Shown piece by piece: positions 9,144 through 21,740 of a stretch of DNA of 63,959 nucleotides; position 1 is the first letter of the stretch, and each line of letters starts with the position of its first letter. Under the pieces are notes generated by a model that was given only the letters and a program-made list of their open reading frames with translations, had not been told where the DNA came from and searched no databases. The stretch is from Gracilinanus agilis (taxonomy: Eukaryota). A program made the position numbers and the translations under genes. Where the stretch lies: NCBI RefSeq assembly GCF_016433145.1, contig NC_058131.1, positions 600,774,279 through 600,838,237 on the forward strand, in the 5' to 3' direction.

Positions 9144-12100
9144 TCAGTTCTTCTTGTAAAGCTGGCTGTAGTGCATGCGGTTGTAGATGGGCTCCATGAC
9201 GCTGGGTCGGAAGAAGCTGTCACTGACGCGGCGGGTGGGCTTCTCCCGGTGGTAGAAAGAAAACATGGAGCGGCCGGTGGGGGTCTCGGGCTCAAACGTG
9301 GCGCCACGGTGGAGGGAGCCACGCTGCTGGGGCCCCGGGTCCGACGCTTTCTGCTGAGCAGAGAGCTTATCTTCCAGGCCCAGGAAGGACAGCGCACTGG
9401 AGTTTCGGGGACTCCTGAGGCTGCCACGGTGCTGGGCTTTGCTCGGGGCCTCGGCGGTGGGGGAGTGGGCGCCTTCGCTCCCCTCTGGCTCGCTCGGGGG
9501 GTTGTCTATGTCCCGGAACTCACTCTCTGGCTCCATCAGGGACAACCTGGGGAGCTGAAGAGTCAGGGGGGGTTAGAGAGGAGGCCTCCAGGAGCTACCG
9601 CTGGGCCTAGCTCGGCCCCCCCTTGGCTTCTCTGTCCCTACACTGTTCTCTCTGTCCTGTTAGGATGGGGTTGTTTTATTCACTTTACATTTCCTGAGCA
9701 ACAGCAAGGGAGAGGCACTAAGGAGCATATTGATAGCTCAAATTTCTACAGCACTTCAGGGTTTACAAATACTTTTCATCCTAACTTTCAAATGTATACA
9801 GAAGGGGGCAGTTAGGTGGCTTGGTGGATTGAGAGCCAGGCCTACAGACGGGAGGTCCAGGGTTGAAATCTGGCCCCAAATACTTCCTAGCTGTATGACC
9901 CTGGGTGAGCCACTTAACCCCAACTGCCCAGCCCTTCCTGCTCTTCTGCCTTGAAACGGATACTTCATATTGATTCTAAGACAGAAAGTAAAGGTTTTAA
10001 AAAATGTACAAAGGGCCCATATTATTACCATCCCTACTTTACAGATTAAGTGATTGAAGCCTAGAGACGGGAGGTCCTGGGTTCAGATGTGACCTCAGAC
10101 ACTTCCTAGCTGTCATTTAAACCCCTTTGCCTAGCCCTTACCACTCTTCTGCCTTGGGATACATAGTATTGGTTCTAAGGTGCAAGGTAAGAGTTTCTAT
10201 CAAAAAAAGAAAAAAGGTTAAGTGATTTGGGGATGGTCTCAATGGCAAAGAATTGTTAAATTCAGAATAACAGAGCTGAAAAGAATTCTGGAATCACACA
10301 GGCCAACCTCCTTATTTTGCAAATGAGGAGTCTGAGGCTCAAAGATGGAAAGTTAGACTAGAATATTGGACCTAAGATCCTTTCCATCTCCAAAGTTCCA
10401 TGACGCCTTCATTCTCATTTTTCCTCAATTAGTTCATGAGAACTAAGACTTGAGCCAATTCTCCCGTTTCCTCCTCCAGGCTTGGCGAGAGGACATGAGC
10501 TCAACCTCATCCCTCATCCGGCCTTGGGCACTGCATCCTCCTTTCCCTTCGTGCCCTGGCATCCTCCCTGGAGACCCTCCATCAGGCCTCTGGGGCAGGG
10601 GTGGCCGCAGGGGACTCACCGGGACGTAGTGCACCACTGTGTCCACCACGTTGTCTGTGACGCCTTTCAGGGCGTCCGATAGCGACATGGCCCTGCTTTT
10701 GGTAAAGGTCTCCTGGCCAGAAGTGAGGTGGAACAGCCTCCCAGCAGTGTTGTTCCAGATGGTGACGGGTACCCACTTGACAGTGGAGACGGTGGTCAAG
10801 TAAGCAGACTGCAGAGTGTGAACCACACTGCCCACAAGGCTCTGGGTCCTGGGCCTGGGCTGTGAGCAAGATCTCAGGTTAGCCACTTGGGCATGACCTC
10901 CCAAACAGCCCCCCACTCCCCAAGCCATGCAGATGCTCCCTGCACAGCCGTCTTCCCGGGCTTCTTCGCCATAGCTCTAAGTAAGTGCTCTTGTACCTCC
11001 TGGCTCTCCCCACTGCCCCTCACTCCCTCTGCTCTCTCTCTATGGGATTAGGGAAACATAAATCCATTTCTGTGTGAGGAGGCCAACCTGAAGAGGCAAT
11101 GAGAGTGGAAAGAATATTCACTGGCTTTGGGATCCAAAGGAATGAGCTCCAACCCGGACTTGGTGATTTACTCCCCATGTGTCTGGGCTCCCCCTCCCTC
11201 TCTATAAAATGGTGGGGCCAGACCAGATGACCTTTGTGGGCCCTGAAGCACACCTGAAACATGCAGTGGAACAATGTTGGATCTGAAACACCATCCCTAT
11301 TCTGTCTATCTAAAAGCTAATTAGCCTGGCCCTTCCCCAGTTGCCCTTTTAAAAGACACAATTCTCCACTTGGCTCATTCTTTTCACCATATTTAGTTTG
11401 TTCTCTTCCTTCCTCACTTCGGGTTCCTCTTCTTCTTCCTCCTCTTCCTCCTCTTCTTCCTCGTCCTCCTCTTCTTCATCCTCCTCCTGAGCCCAATTGT
11501 ACTGCCAAGTTCCCCTTGATGTGGATCGGGGTCTGGACACCACCTGCATGGCAGCTGACACACTCCACTGGGCCATACTGCTCTGGGAGGAGGCCAGACA
11601 ACAGTGAATGAGCAAGGATGGTGCTGGGGCAGGAGGGAAGGCAGGGAGAATAAAAGGAAGGGGCAGTGACTGCCAAAGGGCCTAAGGCATCCAGACCTTG
11701 CCAATCTTCCCAATACCCAGAATCAGAACCACGTGGCTCCTGTACATTCCAAAGTAAATATTCCTATGGGGAGGGAGGTGTAGGTATAGCAACTTTAAAA
11801 AAAGAATTTGAAGGTGCAACTGGGTAGCTCAGTAGATTAAGAGCCAGGCCTAGAGATGGGAGGTCCTAGGTTCAAATCTGGCCTCAGACACTTCCTAGTG
11901 TTATAAGTAAAGTTAAGTGGGTGCAGAGAGCAGTCATGGGACAGCAGAGTAAGGAATTCTAGAATTCTGCTGGGGAGAGTCAGCTTGTTCTGGGGATTGA
12001 TTCTCTCTCTGGGTTTACCTGAAGAGGAACTGCATACCTTCCTTTGCTGGCTGTGGTATATCTGGACTTCTCCATCCTACCTGCTTTCCTGTTACCTGAC

Positions 12101-15100
12101 TGAAACATCTGTTGAGCTTCCTGTGTGATCCTGTACAGCTGAGCCATCTGTCTGTGAGAATTTGGTTTGGGGTCCTTTTGACTTCTAATACATCCAATCC
12201 CATTCCCCAAACCCACCTTTTATTTCACTAGCTGTGTGACCATGGGCAAGTCACTTAACTCTCCATTGCCTAGCCCTTACCACTCTTCTGCCTTGGAACC
12301 AATACACAGTATTGATTCTAAGGTGGAAGGTAAGGGTTTAAAAAAAAATTTGATTTTGGTCTGGATTTGTGATCCATGAAGGTAGCTCCCTGGTGAAGAA
12401 ATTGCTGTCAATGCAGATCAACAGATGTTCTGCACACTTAAGGCTTTACAGAGTTTCCTGGGGCCTCAAGAGGTTCAGAGACTTGCCAAGGATCACATCC
12501 AAGGTGGAATTCGAACTCAGAACATCCTGGCTCTGTATCCTCTCTTCCATGTTGCCTCTTGTATACAACATATCCATTCTTCTTGTTCAGTTCTATAAGT
12601 TGTGTCTGACTCTTCCTGACCCTATTTGAGGTTTTCTTGGCAAAGACACTGGTGTGATTTGCCATTTCCTTCTCCATCTCATTTTACAGATGAGGAAACA
12701 GAGGCAAACAGGGTTAAGTGACTTGTCCAGGGTCACACAGATAGTGTCTGAGGTTGGATTTGAACTTGAGTTTTTTGAGTCTTCCTGACTCCAGGCCCAG
12801 CATTCTTCTAACTATCCACTGTGTCACTTTGCTGCCTGCCACATATGTGCATATATGTAAATAGAAATGTATGTAAATAGATTTTCAAGAAAAGAAAATA
12901 TATTTTAAGTAGTTTTGAGGCAAATCACTTTCTTTCTCTAAACCACAGTTTCCTCATCTATAAGATAAAGATAATATACCTGTTCTACCTACTACTGTGA
13001 GGAAAGCATTTTTAAAAGTCAAAGATGGGGCAGCTTAGGCGGCTCAATGGATAGAGGGCCAGGTCTGGAGAGGCAAAGTCCTGGGTTCAAATCTGTCCTC
13101 AGATACTTCCTAGCTAGGTGGCCCTGGGCAAGTCATTTAACCCCAAATGCCTAGCCCTTACCACTCTTCTGCTTTGGAACCAATATTTAGTATTGATTCT
13201 AAGACAGGAAGTAAGGGTTTTTAAAAATTGTCAAAGGTTGCATAATGTGAGTGATTATCAAAAGTTGTGTGAGCAAGGTAATAGTGCCCACCCTTTATTC
13301 ACCTTTTTCACATCCTCTTCCCTACCCTTGCTCAGATGACTGGCCATCTCCCTGAGGCCCACATCAGAAAATAAGGCAAGAATTTTGGAGTCACAGAATC
13401 CCTGGGTTCAAATCCTAAGCCCCACTATTTACTACTCTTGGTTCTTTGAGCAAAGAACTTAACTTCCCTGGACATATCTGTGAAAATGAAATTCTAAGGC
13501 TCCTGAAGGGTTTCAGTTATAATAAATCATGAAGATATTAAAGATGCATTCAAAAGCTGACTAATGAACAAAATGTTCATGGATCAGACATATGGATATA
13601 TTTCAAACATTGCACATGATTGATTTCTGACTCCTTAAATTGGATTGGGTTAAACTTTTGTTGAACTTAAAAATTAAGCCTCTGTCATTGTGAAGAGCTG
13701 CAGCAGCCAGAAGACAAATTGTAAAGGTCTTTTTGAAATGTCAAAGACTTACACTTAACATCTAAAAAAGTGGTCAGACTAGGTAAAGATTTTGACCAGG
13801 GTTCTGGGAAGAAGAAGGTTTGACCAAGTCAGGAAAGACTTTCAAATGAGCTTCTTTCTGGGGCACCTGGCTGTACAATTGTGTTACTACTTCTTTCTTT
13901 ATATTTATAATTGGATGCTAATATTATGTTAAAGCTTTTGCTGTTTCCCTTGTTTGATTGACACCCTGAAAACCCCCAATGCTGAAAAGCTATAATAAAG
14001 TGGGTGCAGTGGGTGTGGACACTCTCTCTCTGTAAGCTGACACGCTGACACCACACTGCATACGTCTCTCTGTGTCTCTTGTCTGTTTATTTAACCTATG
14101 TCCTTTCTTCCCTAATCCTTAAGCCCCTCATCCAATGTTTTCCAGTCTTTGGCTTCCCTCCATTAGGTGATTAAAACCCACGCAAAAACTTTTTGTAGAG
14201 GCTGGGCCTCTACAGTTCCTTCCAGTTTTAAATCTTTTGATTTTAGGATCCCAACAAGCCTTTTTGCTCAGGAACTCCCAGTCCATACTGGAGCATGAGT
14301 TCTCCATTTAGGAAGGTGGAACTAGGATTGAGGGGGTGGGGAGAAAGCAGGAGCAGTGGTAACACAGAGAGATGAGTTGGACATACCAATTCTTGGGCTG
14401 CCTGCCTTGGACACCAAGTGGAAACTCACCAATGGAGCCACACCTGGGATCCACTTGGCTAATGCATAGCCCATGCGGAGGCTCTGGACTGTCATCTGAA
14501 AGGTATGCTGGGAGATGGTGTTGGTTAAAGTTCCAATTCTTTGAAGGAAACCAGGCTTTGGCTTTGGCTTTGGCAGCTTCTGCTGGACTTGGGGAGGACT
14601 AGGGTGCTCCACGACTGGGGCTAGTTGGAATTGGGAAAGGAGCAGAAAAGAAAAAACAAATAAATGGTGAAGAATGAGTAGATCCATGATTTCTGGAAGT
14701 ACTAAGAATATTCTTTTGGAAAGCAGCATGGTCTAGGACAGGTGTTCTTAACTTGGAGTCCATGGATTCCAATAGGTCTATGGATAGAATCTGGTCATCT
14801 GTGCACTTAAATGGGAACAAATTAAATCCTTATTTTACTAATCTCTAAGTGAAGTTTAGCATTTTCATCGATTATGAATGTAGGCAACAAACTATAGTAG
14901 TAGTATTTTTAATATTACATTACAGTGGCTATAGATATCTCAAAATATCACCAACATATAACTACTTAAAAATACTGATTTTTATTAAATCTGTTCCTAG
15001 AAATATTGCTATAATTAAAACATATTTGATAACTGTATGTCAATATAATTGCTTTCCTTTGTAATCCAAAGTATTTTATTTTCTATTTTTAAAAGATTGT

Positions 15101-18100
15101 TCTGGAAAGGGATCACTAGGCTTTATCAGACTGCCAAAGGGACCAATGATAGAACCCTTAGTCTAAAGAAAGATGGCTGAACAGGTCTCTATTTTGTCAT
15201 TCTTCGGGGATGTGACCCTGACAGATCACCCCTACTTTCTGGGCCTCAGTTTTCTGTAAAATGAAAGGGTTAATCTAGAAGCTTCCTAAAGTTTCTGAGA
15301 CTTTTAATAATTTATAATTTTAATGCAAATTGTAAAAAGATCTGAGGACTCCACATTTCATTATTTCAAGTTATATCCACAGAACTTTAAAGCTGGCAGT
15401 ACCCTTAGAGGTCATACTGTCAATCTCTCATTTTTGCAGATGAAGAAGCTGAAACCCAGATAATTAACACAGTCACAGGCCCTGCAATAGCAGAACAATG
15501 AGTCATGGCCACCAGATTCCCAGTCTATTGACTATATTCTGATTCCTCTCTGAAATCTTGCTCCTTGGCCCCATCTTTTCAGTCACAATGGAATCTAGGC
15601 TAGTTGAACAGATGAACTCATTTGTAAATTGATGAGTGATAGTTACTATCCCTTCTATCTCCAAGGTTCTATGACTCTAACCTTCCTACATCATTCCCGA
15701 TTCTGTGGGAACTGCAAGAGCCTGGCATTCTCCAGCAGAGTGTTCCTACTTAGAGTTTCTACTTTACTTCCCCTCTCTCATCTGCCCCAGCTTTCTGTAC
15801 ACTGGATACCTGGATTTTCCTTGGGTGCTGGAATCAGACAGTTCACCACCTTCTCAACATTGTTTAAGGCCAAGTCTGCCCCTCCAGCTGCCAGTTGACC
15901 CACCCGGGTGCCGGAGGCATATTCAGCTGTGTCCCGTGCTATACCCCAAGCAAGTTCACAGCCAGCCAAAGCTGCCCCCAGGACCTTATCAGAAGTGCTG
16001 GCAATAGGAACACTGAAGCTGTTTCTGGCACTTCGAATTCTAGTGGAGATGGTGTCCTTCAGTTCGGAGGCAATCTGCAAGCAAATGAAATGGCAACAAA
16101 AACTACTCTCAGAAAGACTTGAAAACATTTTACTTCAGAGCATTTTATGATGTTTTGAGGCCCTAACCAAATGCTAGTTTGTACTGTTTTTATCTGTGTA
16201 GCTACCATAACTCTCATACTAGAATGCAAACTTCTTGAAAGGAGGGATTATATCATATCCTCCTGTCTCTCCAAGTAGCAAGTAGGATGATTGGATCATA
16301 GATTTAGAGCTGGAAGGGATCTTATAAGTAATCAAATCCTACCTGTTTATTTTACAATTGGAGAAATTGAGGCAGAGAAAGGTTAAGTAACTTGTCCAGG
16401 GTAACCCAGCTAATCTGTGTCTGAGGCAGAATTTGAACCCAGCTCTTCTTGTCTCTGAGTCCACTGATCTATGCACTATTCCATATTAAAAATGGCAAGT
16501 ACTTAATGCCTATTTGTTGAATAAAGAAATGGATATGGATTGATTTATGCACTTTAGAGAATTTTCTTTGTAAAGGTCCCAGGCACTGAAGGCTCAGAGC
16601 ATCTCTTCTCTGTCCCACACTTAAAGGACCCTCTAATGTTTGAATGAACTTCTAGACATATGGTTTTAGCTGGAAAATGGGTCTATCCCGTCTCTGTGAT
16701 GACTGCAAGATATATTTCCTAGCTCCTTTCCCCTAGGACCTCAAAAGAGCCACATTTAGAGAATGGGATCTCAGCTCTGTGGGGTTGGGCCTATTGGAAG
16801 CTAGAAGCTTAAGAAGCACCTTCTCCCCAGTTACCTGGGCTCATAATCTTTGAATGACCTTTGACTCTTGTTCCTCAGCTGTCATGGCCAAACAGTTGCC
16901 AAGTGCTATCTGCATTTCTATCTCTTCACAATATAGCTACTCCTCTCTCTTTTCCATTGCCATTACCCTGGCACCAATCCTTATCTCTTTTTTCTTGGAC
17001 TCTTATAATAGCCTACAATGCTACTAGTTTTCCTGACTCCAGGCTATGAATTTTCCAATATATCCTTTAAGTGGTAACTTTAGTAATCTTCCTGACATAC
17101 TGCCACTGTTCTATTTTAAAACTTTTGGTGATTTCCCATTATCTATCAATTAATGTAATCTCTAAATTTTGGCATTAAAGGCCCCTAGCATACCTTTGAC
17201 TGTACTCCAGCCAAACTGGACTACTGCTTTCTGCTAAATTAATCAAAATAGGGTTATAGATGACATTGAAAACTCACAAGAAAAAAAATGGTAAATGACC
17301 TACTTGTACAAAAATATTTATGGTTGCTCTTTGTGTGGTGGCAAAGAATTGGAAACTAAAGGGATGTCCATCAACTGGGGAATGGCTGAACAAACTGTGG
17401 TATATGATAGTGATGGAATACTATTGTGCTGTAAGGAATGATGAACAGGATGATCTCAGAAAGAGATGAAAAGACCTTCATGGACTGATGCAGAGTGAAA
17501 TAAGTAGAACCAGGAGAACACTGTACACAGAGACAGCAATATTGTGGGATGACCAAATATGACAGGCTTAGCTACTATCAGCAATACAATGATCCAGGAC
17601 AATTTTGAGGGTCTTATGAAAGAACTGTTGGAGTAGGAATGCAGATGAAAATGTACAATTTTTCAATTGTTTATTTGGGTATATGTTGTAGGGTTTTGTT
17701 GTAGGGTTTATAAGATCAGTCACTTACAAAAATAAATAATATGGAAATATATTTTGTGTGATAATACATGTATAACCCGGTAGAATTGGTTTTATAAGAT
17801 TATTCAGGGGGCAGCTGGGTAGTTCAGTGGATTGAGAGCCAGGCTTAGAGATGAAAGGTCCTAGGATCAAATCTGGTCTCAGACACTTCCCAGCTGTGTG
17901 ACCCTGGGCAAGTCACTTGACCCCTATTGCCTACCCTTACCACTCTTCTGCCTTGGAGCCAATACACAGTATTGACTCCAAGATGGAAGGTAAGGGTTTA
18001 AAAAAAATGATTATTCACTTACAAAAATGAATAATATGGAAATATATTTTGTGTGATAATGCATGTATAATCCAGATTGAATTGCTTGCCAGCTGTGAGG

Positions 18101-21100
18101 AAGAGGGAAAGAGGGAGGGAGGCAATTTGGATCATATAATTTCAGAAAACATGTGGAAATCTGTTAATACATGTGATTGGTAAAAATAAATAAATGAAAA
18201 TCTAAACTAAAAAAACCCAAAACTTCCCAGGAACACCTGATCTGAGGAACATAGGGTTAAAAAGGCAGTGAAGTTTAGCCCTAGGCATCGAGGAAGTGAA
18301 ATTTCATAGACAAGAACTAAGTCTTTTAGCAGCCTCTCCCTCTCCCCAAACCATCATCTTCTCAGGTTCTTCGAGGAGAAGAAGAAAGAAATTCTGAAAC
18401 CTAAGAGTGTGTATATGTGGTCTGATTACTTGAAAAGGAAGCAGGCAGTAAGATACAAAGTATGAGGAAGAGACTTCCTTACCTTTTCTGGAGGGTACTG
18501 GAGAGCAGGAATCTTTTCTTCCAGGTGGTCTAATCCACGACAGGCTAGTTCATTGGCAGCTGTGACTGAAACAAAGAAGAGCACTGGAGTTAACCAATCC
18601 ACCTTACTTTGAGAAACCAGAGATTGCTGGGAAGGATATAAGACTACAGAACATTGTCAGACCATGAACAGAACACTTGTCATCTTCAAGACTAGACCTG
18701 AACCCTAGAGTTTGATCACAAATTAACACCACCTCCTTGGGGTCCCTATGGCCTGAGACTAACTTGGGACCAAGAGGGATTCCTGAGGCTATTGCACTTC
18801 TAGGGTAGCTAGGAAAAAGACAAGTCTTTTGTCCAAGGATTATTTTTTCCCAATGATTGAAGGCTAGTAGGAAAACTGGTGAACAGATAGTCCCCTTAGC
18901 AAGTTTTTCTCTGTACTGACTTGTGGGGCCTCAGAGGCTATACACTCCCCAAGGCATAAAGGAACTTAATACAGTACCCCGAGAATCCCTATTCATTGGA
19001 CCAGGAGTGTCAATTGAAACAAAAAATCTGCTTGATCCTTTGAAGTATTTATTCTAAGATTCTGGTCTTTCTACTGATAAATCTTGCTAAAATATCATAC
19101 AATATCACAGAGGCCTGGGCCCAAGGACAAAGGTCTTTAAGTATGACTCTTCTTATTGTTGATATCTGGAGGTCTCCAAGATACATGTCTCCTTGAGACA
19201 GTGGGAGGTATCTGACCTATTGAAATCTAAGTGAAAAATGTGTTCAATGTGGAGAAAACAGTGGACCATTTAAACTGATATAAAAAATTATGAATTTTCT
19301 GGTACTGGAAAAAAATAACTGAAGTCTGAATCCATGCTAGACTCAACATTGCCTCATTGCTGCCAGTGGTTGCATTGCTTAAGTGGGTGATTTGTCTGTT
19401 ACTGGCATCTTCTCCTGCCCAGTATGTGCAGATGTTTTCACACTCCACCTTCCCAAAAACTTTTATGCCTAGGTTGGAATGTCAATGGAAATACAGAGTT
19501 TTCTGAAGGTTGAGTAAGGAAATTCAAACAGATAGATAACCCCATGTCCCTGCAACTCACATTGGGTTGACAGCCGTCGGACCACAGGCTCCATGCTCCA
19601 TGCAGCCAGGTTGCTGGCTCCTTGTACTCCTTTCTCATAGGCATTACATACAGAGGCCACAAGGGGATGGGCTTCCTTGGTGCTGGTGTAGGTCTTTTGG
19701 AAACATTCACAGGTGCCACTTACCACAGGCAACTGAAGGACTCTCTGGAGCACATTTTCCTGCTCCTAAAAAGGAAAAGAAACATTTAAAAATTACTTTC
19801 ATTTCTCTTCTTTTTCCACCTCTCTCTTTCGTCACCCTGCCATTTCTGTTGGCAGAACCTCATGCTCACTTTTTCTTTACGTAAGATTGGGCTAAGCTGA
19901 AGGGTCACACTTAAGGAAAAGAGAATGCTATCATGCCAGGGGCCTCTGGTCATCTCGTTCATTACGTGGAAGAGAAAGTAAGAAGGTATACACGAATATA
20001 AAAGACTTATTGGTTATAGCCTGGGTTTTCATCAAAAGTCAGATTCTCTTTATTAACTGGCCAAGACATATTCTTTCCCTCCTTCCAAATGAAATTAAAG
20101 TTCAACTCAATCAGAAAGCCTTCCATGATCAACAACACCCAACTTTCCAAGCCACCAGCAAAATTTTCTGCCTTAATTACTAGAAAACAATCTGTCTATT
20201 TCATTTCTCTCTACAGACCTTATAATCTATCATGTCTCTGCTGTCCTAAACATTTTTTGGATTTCATAATATCCCAGTTAATGTTACTGACTTGTTGATT
20301 GAACACTGAAATGGAATATTACTTTGTGAGATTAAAAGATATAAAATAATGGAAGCTTAGCATTAGAAAGGACCTTAGAAGCTATCTAGTCTAATCTCTC
20401 AGACAATTCAAGAATTCTTTCTACAAAATAATTAACAGATAGTCAATGATCTCTTGCTTAGCTACTTCTTCTACTGATTGAGTTTACTACTTAATGAAGC
20501 AGCTCTTCCATAACTGGATGTTTCTAACTATAGTACTAGAAAGTTCCTATAGATATGGAAATTTTTTACCCTATAACTTCTCTCCATTGCCTACAGTAAT
20601 GCTCTCCAAAGCAACATAGAATATCTACTCCTTCCTTTACACGACAACCTTTTCAATAGTTGAAGAAAGGTATCATGTCTCTCTCTCCTTTTTACTTCTT
20701 CAGGTTAAACATTACATTTCCTAATATGACATGGTTTTTAGCTCCCTCACCATCATGTTTCTCTCTTGTTTGTTAGTGTTCTTCCCAAAATATAGCACCA
20801 CAAATTAATCACAAAATGTGGCCCCATCAATCAACAAAGGGTACAATAGAGCAACTGTGTCCCATAATATAGATACCATCCTTTTAAAATGTAGCCTAAG
20901 ATTATTATTGGTTTTAGTAGCTTCATTATGCTGTTGGTTCATGTTAAGCTTGAGGTTAGCAGAAACCACCATATTATTTTTTCAAATGAACTTTTGCCAA
21001 GCTAGATCATTCCTATCTTTTATCTATACTAATAATTTTGTGAACCTAAATATGAGACTTTATATATACATATTATATACTTTTATTCATCTGGGTCCAT

Positions 21101-21702
21101 TCCAATATGGGAAGTTCATTTTGAATCTTGGTTCTATTTTCTATTGTATGTTATACTTCCCAGATTTATGTCACATGCAAATATGATAATCATTCCTAAA
21201 ATGTTTGGCACTCCACTTGAAATCTCATTCCAAGGTGACCCAGCCACTAGTCAATGTTTCTCAGATGTAATTGTTCAGTTATATGTGCATCTACTTAATG
21301 ACACTATCGGCTACTATACAATTCACCATTTTATCTAAATGTAACTAATATGTACTACATCTCTTACATACCCTGAACTACCAATAAACCAACCTCATTA
21401 ACTGAAAGAAGTTAGTCTGACATGACTTATTTTCAGTAAACCTATGCCAGCTCCTAGTAATCAGTGTATTCTTTTCTAAATGTTCCCAAAATCTCTTTAA
21501 TTTTGTTAAATTTGTGTCAAGCTTACCAGTCTGGAATTTCAGAACCTGCCCTTTTCCCTATTTTGAACACCAGGACAACTTAAGATAAAAGTGTCATAAC
21601 AAATACAAATGACTGGACCAGATAGTCCAACTTTGCTTCACATTCTTCTCCCCCTTTCCCACATGCCTAACATTCAGGAAAATGAGAGATCTGAATTCTT
21701 TA

Positions 21703-21740
<38 letters not shown>

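Noticed and set aside
9018-9815. 265-aa plus-strand ORF antisense to the last PLIN1 exon
   Set aside because: It is a shadow of a GC-rich coding exon, starts at a non-ATG codon, runs into a SINE, and has no recognisable domain.
10860-10900. Longer PLIN1 exon starting at VANLRSCSQ
   Set aside because: There is no in-phase AG acceptor there; tcttgctcacag|CCC at 10859 gives the correct phase with a better acceptor.
11414-11713. Arg/Lys-rich ORF (RRRMKKRRTRKKRRK...) resembling a protamine or NLS
   Set aside because: It is an alternative frame of the GAR repeat that encodes the PLIN1 poly-Glu tract.
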